From an uncultured candidate division Zixibacteria bacterium (lineage in GTDB: Bacteria; Zixibacteria; MSB-5A5; UBA10806), in the NCBI GenBank assembly GCA_963801605.1, contig CAWDFP010000011.1, positions 166,907 to 230,906 on the forward strand: DNA of 64,000 nucleotides, given 5' to 3'. This document shows, piece after piece, positions 10,839 through 21,325 of the stretch. The position numbers and the translations under genes were made by a program. Numbering within the stretch: the stretch's first letter is position 1; each line of letters starts with the position of its first letter. Below the pieces are notes generated by a model that saw only the letters and a program-made list of their open reading frames with translations, was not told where the DNA came from and made no database searches.

Positions 10839-12527
10839 CTAAAACACCCTTCCCGCATTCATCAGAAAATGCTCTGCAATCGGGCCCAAAGATAATGATG
10901 GGAAAAAGGTAAGAGCGCCGACAATTAGAATCACCGAAACAAGCAATATTGCAAATGTGGCGTTGTCGGTGCTGAATGTACCTGCCGACGCCGCGGTCAC
11001 CTTCTTTTGCGCCAGGTTACCGGCTATTACAAGAGCCGGTACAATGACCGCAAAGCGTCCGATAAGCATGGCCAGTCCCAGTGATAGATTATAGAAAACC
11101 GTATTGGCATTTAACCCTGCAAAGGCGCTGCCATTATTGCCCACCGCTGATGTAAATGCATATAGTATTTCGCTGAGCCCATGCGGCCCGTTATTTGCCA
11201 AACTGGATAGACCAGCCGGCAGCACCGACGCAAATCCCGCTCCAACCAGGATGGCGGCGCATTGAGCAAGAATCGCAAGCAATGTCATTTGCATTTCGCG
11301 GGCTTCAATCTTCTTGCCAAGATATTCGGGGGTTCGTCCTACCATGAGGCCGGCCAGGAATACAGTCAACATAATAAAGAGGAGCATGCCGTACATGCCT
11401 GCCCCTACTCCTCCAAATATGATTTCACCCAGCATGATATTGAACATGGCCACTCCGCCGGCTATTGGCGTCAGGCTGTCATGCATGGAATTAACCGATC
11501 CATTGGAAGCTACAGTCGTTGCGGTTGACCAGATAACGCTATTGGCAACGCCGAACCTCGTTTCCTTTCCCTCCATAGAAATGCCGCCATAGATCGGATT
11601 GCCCCTGTATTCGGAATATAGCGAGAGTCCGAGGCTCGCAAACCACATGACGAACATGACGCCAAAAATAATCCAGCCATGACGTTTGTTTTTTACCATT
11701 CTGCCATAGGTAAACGTAAGTCCCGCGGGGATTAGAAGTATTGAAATCATTTCAAGAAAGTTTGTGAATGGCGTGGGATTTTCGAAAGGATGGGCGCTAT
11801 TGGCATTGAAAAAGCCGCCGCCATTGGTGCCAAGCTGCTTGATTGCAATCTGTGACGCTGCCGGGCCAAGTGGAATTACCTGCTTGATACCCTCGACGGT
11901 AGTAATTTCTTTATAATGAGAAAATGTTTGGACCACACCCTGGCTGATCAGGATTACTGCGAAAATCATAGTTAGCGGAAGCAATACATACAGCGTGGAT
12001 TTGACAACATCCGACCAGAAATTCCCGATGAATTTAGTTGTTTTGCGGATTATGCCTCTGGTAAGCGCCAGAAATACCGCTATGCCGGTCGCTGCGCTTA
12101 AAAAGTTTTGAACTGATAATCCCAGCATCTGGGTCAGGTAACTCATGGTAGTTTCGCCTGCGTACCCCTGCCAGTTGGTATTGGTCATAAAACTTATCGC
12201 GGTATTGATGGACGAGTGCCAGGAGACAATGGGTAATCCTTGCGGATTTAGCGGCAAACGTGATTGAAACATTTGCAAAAAAAAGACGGCCAAAAACCCA
12301 AACGCGTTGAACGCCAGCAGGGCGCCCGTATAATGTTTCCAGGTCATCTCTTCCGATGGGTCAATCCTGCAAACCCGGTAAATCCATCTTTCAGCCCGCC
12401 CGAAAACACTCTGCAATAAGTGATTCTTGCCTGAAAATACAGCCGCAATATATGCTCCGATAATCGGGGTTAATGCTATCAGAACGCCTATATATATAAC
12501 TACCTGCAGTAAATCATTGATCGGCAT
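10839..12527 (-). CDS. kdpA: K+-transporting ATPase subunit A
   Basis: [38 protein letters not shown]. Confidence 0.96.
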   Translation of the reverse strand: MPINDLLQVVIYIGVLIALTPIIGAYIAAVFSGKNHLLQSVFGRAERWIYRVCRIDPSEEMTWKHYTGALLAFNAFGFLAVFFLQMFQSRLPLNPQGLPIVSWHSSINTAISFMTNTNWQGYAGETTMSYLTQMLGLSVQNFLSAATGIAVFLALTRGIIRKTTKFIGNFWSDVVKSTLYVLLPLTMIFAVILISQGVVQTFSHYKEITTVEGIKQVIPLGPAASQIAIKQLGTNGGGFFNANSAHPFENPTPFTNFLEMISILLIPAGLTFTYGRMVKNKRHGWIIFGVMFVMWFASLGLSLYSEYRGNPIYGGISMEGKETRFGVANSVIWSTATTVASNGSVNSMHDSLTPIAGGVAMFNIMLGEIIFGGVGAGMYGMLLFIMLTVFLAGLMVGRTPEYLGKKIEAREMQMTLLAILAQCAAILVGAGFASVLPAGLSSLANNGPHGLSEILYAFTSAVGNNGSAFAGLNANTVFYNLSLGLAMLIGRFAVIVPALVIAGNLAQKKVTAASAGTFSTDNATFAILLVSVILIVGALTFFPSLSLGPIAEHFLMNAGRVF

Positions 12528-12535
12528 GGCAACAC

Positions 12536-12622
12536 CTATTTCAGTTTATCCGGGTTAAAGATCACATAGACCAGATATATCAGGAGCCCGATTGAAATAA
12601 TTCCAGCTATAATGAAATCCAT
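12536..12622 (-). CDS. kdpF: K+-transporting ATPase subunit F (28 aa)
   Basis: Below the ORF-track cutoff: MDFIIAGIISIGLLIYLVYVIFNPDKLK, matching the KdpF pattern YL.Y....P. RBS AAGGAG; directly upstream of kdpA. Confidence 0.85.
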   Translation of the reverse strand: MDFIIAGIISIGLLIYLVYVIFNPDKLK

Positions 12623-12700
12623 TTATTTCTCCTTTCGAAATCGTCATTTAATCGGCCGCTATTGGAAAGCGGCTAATCAGCTTCTTATGACGACCTGGAT

Positions 12701-12763
12701 ATACTATCAAGGCATGTAAAGATTTCGTAAAATGCCGGAGATGAGATATAAGGATTTTGTAAA
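12701..12763 (-). promoter_or_regulatory. Putative KdpE-dependent promoter with two tandem-repeat binding sites
   Basis: Minus strand TTTACAaaatcCTTATA and TTTACGaaatcTTTACA (11-bp periodic half-sites), followed by an extended -10 TGaTAGTAT. Confidence 0.55.
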
Positions 12764-12921
12764 GAGTTATTCGGCTAATCTTAATATTAAATTAAATACC
12801 AAATTCTTAAAGATTAGTGGGTAAAAGAGGTTAATATCGACCCCATTTGAGCGCCACAGCCGTAAGCCTATATTCTGCATGGCAAAAATAGGTTTTCAAT
12901 TCCTCCCTCCTCCATATATGC

Positions 12922-12963
12922 TTTAGGCTTCCGAACTCATTGAAAGAGTTGAGGAAGCCTAAA
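12922..12963 (-). terminator. Hairpin downstream of the barrel gene (probable terminator)
   Basis: TTTAGGCTTCC..AACTC-loop-GAGTT..GGAAGCCTAAA inverted repeat. Confidence 0.5.
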
Positions 12964-12984
12964 TCGTAAAAGATAATATGAAAC

Positions 12985-13740
12985 TTAAAAATCGATATCC
13001 ACTTGAAGCGTAGCTGTATCTATGAGATTTGAATTGTTGTACAAATCATATCCAGCTAAAAGCGCTACGTTGGACGCGAATTTCCAGGAAGCGCCTACAT
13101 TTAGAGTTCCGTACACGCTATTGGTACCCATATATTCTATGCAAAACCAAAACCTATCAGATAACTCCGGAAAAGTACGCTCCCAGGCGGCCATTATTCC
13201 GCTGTTATCCTTCTCAAATTTATCATTTACCAAAAGATTTTTATTGCCGGAAAAATATCCTATCGAAAAGCGCCCCAGAGTTGTCTTATTCAAAGAAACC
13301 GATTTGGCAAGCTTACCATAGAAGACATTGTAATTGGTAATATTCTTCTTGGCGCCAATATCGAACGCTCCTACCGCGAAAGCCGGGGAAAATGAACCCA
13401 GAGCATTCTCCGGTACGCCTATTTTAAAGTTGCCATATATTGGATAATCGTCGGCTATTCCCAAACCGGACTTATGATCCACTCCAATTTCGGCATTGAG
13501 ATTCTTAAACGGTAATACGCCAACCGTCAACCCCAGGTTGGTAACGGTAGACAAGCGGTTGCCGAAATTATCCTTCTCAACAGGCACGTACATATCGCTT
13601 GTTACATGCCATAATTTGAATGCCTGGACATCGGTCGATGGCGCCCAAATATGTGTTGTGGCGGTGGCCCGAGCTTTGTGGTTTGAGATTATAAAAGCAA
13701 AGGCAGCTATCCAAAGGACGATAACAGTTTTTGGTTTCAT
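12985..13740 (-). CDS. Putative outer-membrane beta-barrel protein (hypothetical porin)
   Basis: Signal peptide ending ARA, alternating amphipathic strands, C-terminal beta-signal LQVDIDF. Confidence 0.6.
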   Translation of the reverse strand: MKPKTVIVLWIAAFAFIISNHKARATATTHIWAPSTDVQAFKLWHVTSDMYVPVEKDNFGNRLSTVTNLGLTVGVLPFKNLNAEIGVDHKSGLGIADDYPIYGNFKIGVPENALGSFSPAFAVGAFDIGAKKNITNYNVFYGKLAKSVSLNKTTLGRFSIGYFSGNKNLLVNDKFEKDNSGIMAAWERTFPELSDRFWFCIEYMGTNSVYGTLNVGASWKFASNVALLAGYDLYNNSNLIDTATLQVDIDF

Positions 13741-13782
13741 GTTGAGGCTCCGGATATTTTAATTTATTGATTAGGCAAAAGC

Positions 13783-13812
13783 GCAGGGTGAAGCCTTAAT
13801 ACTTCACCCTGC
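13783..13812 (-). terminator. Hairpin between amtB and the barrel gene
   Basis: GCAGGGTGAAG-N8-CTTCACCCTGC perfect 11-bp stem, followed by GCTTTT on the minus strand. Confidence 0.55.
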
Positions 13813-13856
13813 CCTGTAAATACTTTTGGACTCTTTTCAAGCTATATAAATCTCGA

Positions 13857-15080
13857 TTATATTCCGCCCTGATAAGCCGCTTCTCCATGCAGGGAAGCAT
13901 CGAGGCCTTCCTCTTCTTCGCCTTCTGTAGTGCGTACGCGTGTAAAAATATTGATGATCTTAAGCATCGCGAATGTGAACCCGAAAGCGTAAATGGAGGA
14001 TACTACAATCGTAAGTAGCTGGATTAAAAAGAAATGAGAATTACCATGAAATAAGCCGTCAGCGCCTGCGGGATTAACGGCCTTACTGGCCAAAAGACCG
14101 AGCATAACAATCCCAAGCGCGCCTCCGACACCATGGACGCCCCAAACATCGAGAGCATCATCCCATCCCAATCTGTTCTTGAGGCTGACGGCGAAATAGC
14201 AGACCATACCAGCTAAAATACCAATGAACATAGCGCTGACCGGAGTGACATATCCGGCGCAAGGGGTTATAGTGGCAAGACCGGCCACGGCGCCGGTTAA
14301 AAGTCCAAGGAATTTCGGTTTTTTCTCAATTATCCATGCTAAAAGCATCCACACCGGACCGGCGAATGATGCGGCTATATCCGTATTTAAAAAGGCGAGA
14401 CCCGTTACGGCATCCACTCTCAGCTCGCTTCCGGCATTGAAACCATACCATCCAAACCACAGCAATCCGGTGCCCAGAGCTACCAATGGGATACTGTGCG
14501 GAATGTTATCCCCGACTCGCCGTTTACCAACATAAAGAACAGAGGCTAACGCTGCCATTCCCGCGATATTGTGAACTACTATTCCACCGGCAAAATCAAG
14601 CACTCCCCATTTGGCCAATAGACCGTTTCCCCAGACCATGTGTACGAACGGGAAATATACGAATGTCAGCCAGGCGATGAGGAAAAGCAAATATGCTCCG
14701 AACCTCACCCGGTTTGAAAATGCCCCCGTAATCAGGGCCGGAGTAATAATGGCAAACATCATTTGATAGGCCATGAAAACAAATTCGGGAATATTCCCCG
14801 AACCGAATGGCGATGGCGTCGTGAGCGTTACACCGGCCATGAAAGCTTTATCAAAATTGCCAATAAGGCCGCCCACTCCTCCGCTGAAACAGAGCGAATA
14901 ACCATAAGCGTACCAGATTATGGTGGTAACGCCCATGGAAACGAAACTTTGAATCATAATCGTGAGAACATTTTTACGGCCAACCAGCCCGCCGTAAAAA
15001 AACGCCAGACCCGGCGTCATCAGCATCACCAGGCTGGTGGCGACCAGCATGAATCCGGTGTTTCCGGTGTCAAACATCAT
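13857..15080 (-). CDS. amtB: Ammonium transporter (Amt family)
   Basis: LMTPGLAFFYGG, DFAGGIVVH, LWFGWYGFNAGS, DDALDVWGVHG, GLDASLHGE. Confidence 0.96.
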   Translation of the reverse strand: MMFDTGNTGFMLVATSLVMLMTPGLAFFYGGLVGRKNVLTIMIQSFVSMGVTTIIWYAYGYSLCFSGGVGGLIGNFDKAFMAGVTLTTPSPFGSGNIPEFVFMAYQMMFAIITPALITGAFSNRVRFGAYLLFLIAWLTFVYFPFVHMVWGNGLLAKWGVLDFAGGIVVHNIAGMAALASVLYVGKRRVGDNIPHSIPLVALGTGLLWFGWYGFNAGSELRVDAVTGLAFLNTDIAASFAGPVWMLLAWIIEKKPKFLGLLTGAVAGLATITPCAGYVTPVSAMFIGILAGMVCYFAVSLKNRLGWDDALDVWGVHGVGGALGIVMLGLLASKAVNPAGADGLFHGNSHFFLIQLLTIVVSSIYAFGFTFAMLKIINIFTRVRTTEGEEEEGLDASLHGEAAYQGGI

Positions 15081-15156
15081 TTACCTCCACATTAAAACCG
15101 GTCTTTACCCAATTTATCATTACTGCAATTTAGGCCTCTGGAGGATAAAGCGGCAA

Positions 15157-15193
15157 TCGGGGATTCCCTGATATTTAATAGGGAAATCCCTTA
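15157..15193. promoter_or_regulatory. Tandem palindromic sites upstream of amtB (putative NarL/LuxR-type operator)
   Basis: TCGGGGATTCCCTGA (15157-15171) and TAGGGAAATCCCTTA (15179-15193), spaced 22 bp start to start. Confidence 0.5.
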
Positions 15194-15242
15194 GTCCAAC
15201 CAATGTCGGGCAATTATCGGGATATGGTGTTTAATCGATCGT

Positions 15243-15896
15243 TTATTGATCGAGGGACGTCAGCCCCTCGCGAATGGCATATTTAGTTAGCTGGGCGATA
15301 TTGTGAATATCGAGTTTGTCCATCAACTGCTTGCGGTGAGTTTCCACAGTTTTAACGCTGATATTGATTTTGTCTGCAATCTCTTTGGTGCTGAATCCCT
15401 CTGCCATAAGCTGAAGCACCTCGCGTTCTCTCGAACTTAAAACCGCAAAAACCGAATCCGGCTGATTAGCATGGAGAATCACGAAATCCTTAATGACGGC
15501 ACTGGCAATAGTCCTGTCGAGATAATATTGGTTTTCGTTTACGGTATGAATGGCGTCTAAAAGGGAATCGATAGCGCAATCTTTTAAGATATATCCGACC
15601 GCTCCCGCCGTGAACGATTCCTGTACAAATCTGCGATCGGAATGCATGGAAAGCATGATAATTTTCGTCTTTGGACATTCCCTGGTGATCTTTCTGGCTG
15701 CTTCAATCCCATTCAAGTTGGGCATCGATATATCCATCAAGATTATATCCGGTTTGTGCTCTTTAGCCGCCTGAATCGTCGCCAGACCATCGGTGGTTTC
15801 AGCAACAACCTTGATCTCCGGGTCCTGCTGAAGCAAAGTCCGGAGGCCATCCCGGAAAAGACGATGATCATCAGCCAGGATTACGTGAATTGCCAT
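15243..15896 (-). CDS. NarL/FixJ family response regulator (REC + LuxR HTH)
   Basis: ILADDH, LMDISMP, GYILKD, LSSREREVLQLMAEG, SVKTVETHR. Confidence 0.93.
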   Translation of the reverse strand: MAIHVILADDHRLFRDGLRTLLQQDPEIKVVAETTDGLATIQAAKEHKPDIILMDISMPNLNGIEAARKITRECPKTKIIMLSMHSDRRFVQESFTAGAVGYILKDCAIDSLLDAIHTVNENQYYLDRTIASAVIKDFVILHANQPDSVFAVLSSREREVLQLMAEGFSTKEIADKINISVKTVETHRKQLMDKLDIHNIAQLTKYAIREGLTSLDQ

Positions 15897-17094
15897 CTTT
15901 CGTACCTTTGCTAAAAGGGAGATTCAATATTACTGTCGTACCGGATCCGATTTTTGATTCAATTCTGGCCTCGCCGCCGAGATAACTGAGGCGCTCCCTG
16001 ATATTAAAAAGCCCGAACCTGTTGGTATTTGACGAGGTCGAATCGAGGATCCCGACATCAAATCCACATCCATTATCCGCCACCTTGATACGAAGGCGCT
16101 CGGCGTTGATTTCATAATCGATCGCAATCTTCGTTGCGCCGGAATGCTTGACCGTGTTCATGAGAAGCTCCTGGATGGATTTGAAGATCGTAATCCGGCA
16201 ATCATCATCTATTTCGTGGATTTCGCCGATTTTCTGAACTGTTATGGCGATATTGTGTTTTTCCCTGAACCTCTCTGCTAACCATTCCAAAGTTGCCGGC
16301 AGCCCAAGCTCATAGATAACCGGCGGACTGATTTCGATAGTCAGATCGCGGGTATATTTAATTGTTTGATCGAGTAATTTCATCAGGTTTTCGATATTGC
16401 TTTCGAACCCGCAAAAAATGGCATTCCCCCGCAGGACAGAGATGTTCATTTTAATATAGGCCAGCGCCTGGCCGATATGGTCGTGCAGGTCTTCAGCTAT
16501 GCCTCGGCGTTCCCTGGATTCTGTTAAAGAAAGCTCTGATGTCAACTGCCGAAGTTTTCCCTGGTACGATTCGATTTGCCTTTGTGCGTTTTGGCAGGCA
16601 GCGACCTGTTCCAGCAAGGCGGCATTGACATCGCTGAGTTCTCGGGTGCGGGCTCGAACCTGCGCTTCCAGGTTGTCCAGAGTCTGTCGTAATTCCAGGG
16701 CGGCCTGCCGACGTTGAAAATACGACCCCAGCATATCGGCTAACGATTCGATCAGGTCTCGTTCCTCTTTTAGAAAGGGACCTTCATCGGACGCCTGGCG
16801 CATTTCAAGATAATAAATCTCGATGCTGCCGATCTGTTCGTTTATTGTCGAGAAATACGCTTTTTGACTCCATTGAGATTCTCTGAATCGAGGGGTAACA
16901 CAATATATATCCCCAAATTTAATACGGGCGACTGTAATCTCCGGATACTGCCAGGCCGGAGGAAGAAGCAGGGTGATTTTTTCTACTATCTCATTGGGAG
17001 CCTTGGAATCATCTTGAATAATTCTCGCCACAGCATGGAGGGCGGTGAGCTCTTTGATTCTTTCCTGTAATTTGTGAAGGATATTATGCGTCAT
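15871..17094 (-). CDS. Soluble sensor histidine kinase (HisKA_3 type) with an N-terminal GAF-like domain
   Basis: ERRGIAEDLHDHIGQ, QELLMNTVKH, DNGCGF, FGLFNIRER. No TM segment. Confidence 0.9.
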   Translation of the reverse strand: MTHNILHKLQERIKELTALHAVARIIQDDSKAPNEIVEKITLLLPPAWQYPEITVARIKFGDIYCVTPRFRESQWSQKAYFSTINEQIGSIEIYYLEMRQASDEGPFLKEERDLIESLADMLGSYFQRRQAALELRQTLDNLEAQVRARTRELSDVNAALLEQVAACQNAQRQIESYQGKLRQLTSELSLTESRERRGIAEDLHDHIGQALAYIKMNISVLRGNAIFCGFESNIENLMKLLDQTIKYTRDLTIEISPPVIYELGLPATLEWLAERFREKHNIAITVQKIGEIHEIDDDCRITIFKSIQELLMNTVKHSGATKIAIDYEINAERLRIKVADNGCGFDVGILDSTSSNTNRFGLFNIRERLSYLGGEARIESKIGSGTTVILNLPFSKGTKDGNSRNPG

Positions 17095-17578
17095 TAAATT
17101 TCTCCAGAAGTACCCTCAAGATCAATATAACCATACGATTTTATCAAAGCCATACTTTCTTACACCATATAGTCTTTGTCGTTAATTACAGTTTTTCAAA
17201 CTTTTTAATAAGGGAAGTCAATGATAAACATTGTCGCTTTCAGTCATATTTTCGCAAGATTGATCCTTAAGAAATTCATATCAACCAAACTCTGGATAAT
17301 TATTATTTAGCTGGCCTAATATTATGTTTTGAAGGTTAAGTATCATGAATTAAGAGGGAATTATCGCCATTATCATTGTTAGACTCTTTTGGTAAATAAT
17401 ACCCGGGGCTGTCATTCGGCTGATAAATCAGTTGTCTTTTGCCATGTAGGTGCTATAATTAAACCCGGTAATCGGGAAGTGAATTGATAGGCCTCTTTGT
17501 ATTTGGGCCGGGCTGGTTATAACGGCTGGGTTTTGACAGAGGAGGATAATATGAATCGATCGTTAGAGGGAAAATCGT

Positions 17579-18325
17579 TTGAAATATAACGGAGAACTTC
17601 TTGAGACCTACATCGATAAATCGGTGGGAGTGATCAAACTCAAAGATAAAGTATTTGATATTGCGACAGAAATATCGCTAAAAGAAGTGTTTTTTAGCAG
17701 GATAAAGCTGGCCAGCTTGTCGCCCGAAATCAGGGTGTTGTTAATACTCAGTTGCAGGTCCGTGATGGGGGACGTAAAGCATGATCAATTCGTGAAATCG
17801 CTGTCGGGATCTCTCGATGGGGAAATGAAGCAATATCGTGAAGAGAATGCCTTGTCTCAGTTTATTAAACTGATGTGCGGTTTCGATAAGCTAATTGTAA
17901 CTGGAGTCTGCGGTTCGGTTATTGGTTCATTTCTGGGAGCAATCCTTTCTACCGACTACAGAATCGTTTCCGAAGGTACCGTATTTTCCTTTCCGCATAT
18001 CAAGTATGAGACAGTTCCGCAAGGCGGCCTGGCCTATTTCTTACCTCGATATTTGGGTATGGCGAAAGCAAAAAAAATCCTGCTTAGCGGTGAACCGCTT
18101 ACCGCCTCCAAAGCCTGCGAATTAGGTTTAGTAGATGAGGTTGTTGCGGACGGTGTTTTCGAGGAAAAGTGTCTGGAGATTGCGGAAAAAATGACGAAAG
18201 TTCCACCGGGAGTAGTCAGCATGACAAAGCGTCTGATGGGAATTGATGTCAAGGGATTGGAAGCATATTTTAAGATGGAAACCGAACTGGCGATTTTGCA
18301 TAAAATGAAAATGCCATCCGATTAA
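17579..18325 (+). CDS. Enoyl-CoA hydratase/isomerase (crotonase) family protein, divergent
   Basis: DKLIVTGVCG, STDYRIVSE, LPRYLGMAKAKKILLSGEPLTASKACELGLVDEV. Start uncertain: an RBS-preceded ATG at 17551 is out of frame. Confidence 0.8.
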   Translation: MKYNGELLETYIDKSVGVIKLKDKVFDIATEISLKEVFFSRIKLASLSPEIRVLLILSCRSVMGDVKHDQFVKSLSGSLDGEMKQYREENALSQFIKLMCGFDKLIVTGVCGSVIGSFLGAILSTDYRIVSEGTVFSFPHIKYETVPQGGLAYFLPRYLGMAKAKKILLSGEPLTASKACELGLVDEVVADGVFEEKCLEIAEKMTKVPPGVVSMTKRLMGIDVKGLEAYFKMETELAILHKMKMPSD

Positions 18326-18421
18326 AACGAGATGGAACTTTCGAATTATAAACGTTCAGTATTTGACTATATAGCCTAAAAAATTAATAGCAACCCGTCC
18401 GCCCGGATTTTATCGTTCTAC

Positions 18422-19300
18422 TTATATTACGTAGGTAACTAACAGCACACCTATTACCGCCAGCCCCACTCCCAGAACCTTCCTGAAACTGAGTTTTTCA
18501 TTTAAGAATAGAATTGCAAATAAATATATGAATATTGTGGATGTTTGATTTAAGGCGGCTGCAATCGATGTCAGAGTGAATTTCATTCCAGCTAACCAGA
18601 GAAACATCGAAAGATAAGCTCCCATAAATGAGCCGGTAATTGTAAATCCCCAGGATCCTCGAATTTTTAAGGTTGATAAAATATCTTTTCTTTTTTTCAT
18701 AAAAATGAAAATAATTAACAAACCGATAATCCCGCCCAGAATACGATAAGTCGATACCCAGACCAGGGGAGAAGCGTTGAGTATCGGTTTTATCATCACA
18801 ACCGCTACAGCGTTCATCATTGTGCCCAGGGCGCCGAACGTAACGCCCTTAATGAGGTTGCTTTTAGAATAACGGGACTTTTCCTTTGTATAGGTCGCGA
18901 TTATGACCGCTGAAATAATCAACACGGCTCCAAACAATTGCGATGCGGCCAGACGCTCATCCAGGAAAATCATCGAAAGGACAATGATGAAGGGGCTGTA
19001 CAGACAGGCAATAATTGCAGTGATTCCGGCGCCTACCGAATTTAACGCTATAAAATAAAAAGTATCAGCTAAGCTTATCCCCATAATGCCGCTTAACAGA
19101 ATCAATGAATAATCGGAAATTGAGGCTTTTATAAAAAGGCTCTCTCCAAAAATATAAATCGTGGGAATAAAAAGCGCTATCGCCAGGAAATTCTTAAACA
19201 GATTCAACGCAATAGGGTGAACGCTCTCGCCGCTTTTCTTGAAAAGAACGACCGCGATGCCCCAAACAACGGCCGTAGCCAGAGCAAAATATTCACCCAT
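18422..19300 (-). CDS. DMT/EamA family transporter
   Basis: About ten TM helices in two repeats; LSMIFLDERL and AILFLNEKL. Confidence 0.88.
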   Translation of the reverse strand: MGEYFALATAVVWGIAVVLFKKSGESVHPIALNLFKNFLAIALFIPTIYIFGESLFIKASISDYSLILLSGIMGISLADTFYFIALNSVGAGITAIIACLYSPFIIVLSMIFLDERLAASQLFGAVLIISAVIIATYTKEKSRYSKSNLIKGVTFGALGTMMNAVAVVMIKPILNASPLVWVSTYRILGGIIGLLIIFIFMKKRKDILSTLKIRGSWGFTITGSFMGAYLSMFLWLAGMKFTLTSIAAALNQTSTIFIYLFAILFLNEKLSFRKVLGVGLAVIGVLLVTYVI

Positions 19301-19473
19301 AATCAGCGGCCCGCCGCCTGGCGCCGGTAATTCACTATTTTCAAGGGTTCCAAAATTCTAAATATCAACAACGGCAAACGCCTTAACTTAAAATAATTAT
19401 TTCAATCGGGATTAATTATAACCGATGCCGAAACTTCCCTGATTAGTTCGAAATAATACTTTAGTTTTATCGG

Positions 19474-19683
19474 TTAATCCTTCACTATTAGTACATTTAC
19501 CGCTTTTGCGATAACTCTTACTTTATCGCCCTTTTTAAGCTTGAGTTCCTTGAGAGAATCAAGCGTCATCACCGAACTCATTGTTGATGCTTTGGGGATT
19601 TCGAGTTTTACCTCGCACATCAATCCACCCTTTTTAATCCCCTTGACCTTACCGATCAACTGGTTTCTTGCGCCGATTTTCAT
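19474..19683 (-). CDS. Molbindin / single TOBE-domain molybdate-binding protein
   Basis: MKIGARNQLIGKV, SVMTLDSLKELKLKKGDKV, KAVNV. Confidence 0.88.
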   Translation of the reverse strand: MKIGARNQLIGKVKGIKKGGLMCEVKLEIPKASTMSSVMTLDSLKELKLKKGDKVRVIAKAVNVLIVKD

Positions 19684-19859
19684 AAATGCTCCTTTCCGAA
19701 CATTATTTTTCTCTGCCGTCTGCCTTTATAGCATCAGGCCTATTTGAACGCAATCCTAAAGAACGAGAATCTTCACGCGAAATAAACTCCGATTTTTTCG
19801 CACATAAGCCAAATCCCGAAAACAATGTCTTCGCATTCCAAACCATAAATTCCAGGCCC

Positions 19860-20378
19860 TCAATCGGAAATATAGCGTTGGTCTTGCGTAAATCGGTCAA
19901 TATCGTTTTTACTTCTTAATATAATCAGATTACCGTTTAGGAAATATTTCTGAATCTTTTCGAACATTCTTGGATAATTATTTCTGCGAAAGTTCCATAC
20001 CCACTTTATAAAAGGAATATCCAGTTTTTCAGGGCATCCCTGGGCCATATCGAATCGAACTTGTCCCCAACTGAATGTAATGCGCTTCAGGATTCGCCAG
20101 AAACAGATATATCGCGGGAAATCCAGAAATATGACAGTATCCGCACGCAATAATCTGATTTCGAGACTACTATCGTAAGTGCCGTCGATAATCCACTCAT
20201 CACCACTTGCCAATTCGCCCACCCGGCCGCGCCATTTATCTTTCGGCATTTCAACCCAACCGGGCTGCCAGAATTCTTTGTCGAGATGAATAACAGGCAA
20301 ATGGATTAATTTACCAAGCTGCACCGCCAATGTTGATTTGCCGGCGCCCGGACTTCCGATTATAAGTATTCGTTTCAT
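19860..20378 (-). CDS. P-loop kinase, adenylate-kinase-like (DNA topology modulation protein / FlaR family)
   Basis: RILIIGSPGAGKSTLA, HLDKEFWQPGW, WIIDG, ADTVIFLD, GCPEK. Confidence 0.85.
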   Translation of the reverse strand: MKRILIIGSPGAGKSTLAVQLGKLIHLPVIHLDKEFWQPGWVEMPKDKWRGRVGELASGDEWIIDGTYDSSLEIRLLRADTVIFLDFPRYICFWRILKRITFSWGQVRFDMAQGCPEKLDIPFIKWVWNFRRNNYPRMFEKIQKYFLNGNLIILRSKNDIDRFTQDQRYISD

Positions 20379-20647
20379 TAAATCCAGAATCAGGCACTAT
20401 TGTTAAATTGTCAATACTAAAAATAACCATGCTCTTAATGTCTAATATTATTAGAGTATAGGTTTGAGGTATCTCATAGCGCCAGGAACAAACTATTCTT
20501 CTATGTGGTTGCTCATTCAAAATGGTATCGTTTTATAATGATTGTACACAGTAGGATTAATTATGGCGCCGTTTTTATTCGGACGTTATAATATTTTCGT
20601 ACGGATAATATAATAATATCCGGGCCAATTCAAATATAGGAGGAAAA

Positions 20648-21253
20648 ATGTTTAAGAAAACAATTCCATTGATGGCAATGATTATTGTGATTGCTTCATC
20701 AAGCTATGCCGGTATGACAGGTCTCGGTTTTGGGATCCACGGCGGGATGGTTTCGGGCTACAATAACCTTACTTTGGAACAAAGCGTTAAAGATGCTTAC
20801 GGTGGTTTCTCGCTCAAAACGAGTATGCCGGATATCGGGTTCCATTTGATTGTCGGTACCTTACGGGTCGTCACAGTTGACGGCAGTATCGATTACGGCT
20901 GGAAAAAGGCCGAAATATACCAGGGACTAAGCCTTACTTATTCCACTTTATCGGCTACGGCCGCCGTACGAGGTTCAATTCCGCTGGCTGTGGTGAGCCC
21001 CTATGCGGGAGTTGGTCTGGGATTATATCGCAACGCCTATTCTCTTTCCGGTGGGCCATTAAATCATGAGGTCATTGTGCTTCCATCTAAAGAGACCAAA
21101 GTAGGCTATCTTGTTAAAGGCGGAGTCAATGTTAATATTCCGCTCTTTCCCTTTACACCGTTTGCGGAATTTAGATACAATCATATCCCGACCAGTGGCA
21201 AGGCAACCCACTTTTATCAGGTTTTGGCGGGCATAACGCTTAATCTGCCCTAA
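20648..21253 (+). CDS. Small outer-membrane beta-barrel protein (OmpA/OmpW-like)
   Basis: Signal peptide ending SYA; SPYAGVGLG, PFAEFRY and a terminal strand LAGITLNL. Confidence 0.72.
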   Translation: MFKKTIPLMAMIIVIASSSYAGMTGLGFGIHGGMVSGYNNLTLEQSVKDAYGGFSLKTSMPDIGFHLIVGTLRVVTVDGSIDYGWKKAEIYQGLSLTYSTLSATAAVRGSIPLAVVSPYAGVGLGLYRNAYSLSGGPLNHEVIVLPSKETKVGYLVKGGVNVNIPLFPFTPFAEFRYNHIPTSGKATHFYQVLAGITLNLP

Positions 21254-21325
21254 AGTGGGAATTTGTAGCGATCGATTCCCACAATTGAAAAATAGCCGCG
21301 GACCCCAAGAACGGAGTAACACCCG

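Noticed and set aside
19703..19900. 65-aa minus-strand ORF between the kinase and molbindin genes
   Set aside because: No recognisable motif, it overlaps the upstream gene, and the region probably holds the molbindin promoter.
20584..20610. ModE-like half site CGTTATATA
   Set aside because: The second half-site is absent and it is not adjacent to the molbindin gene.
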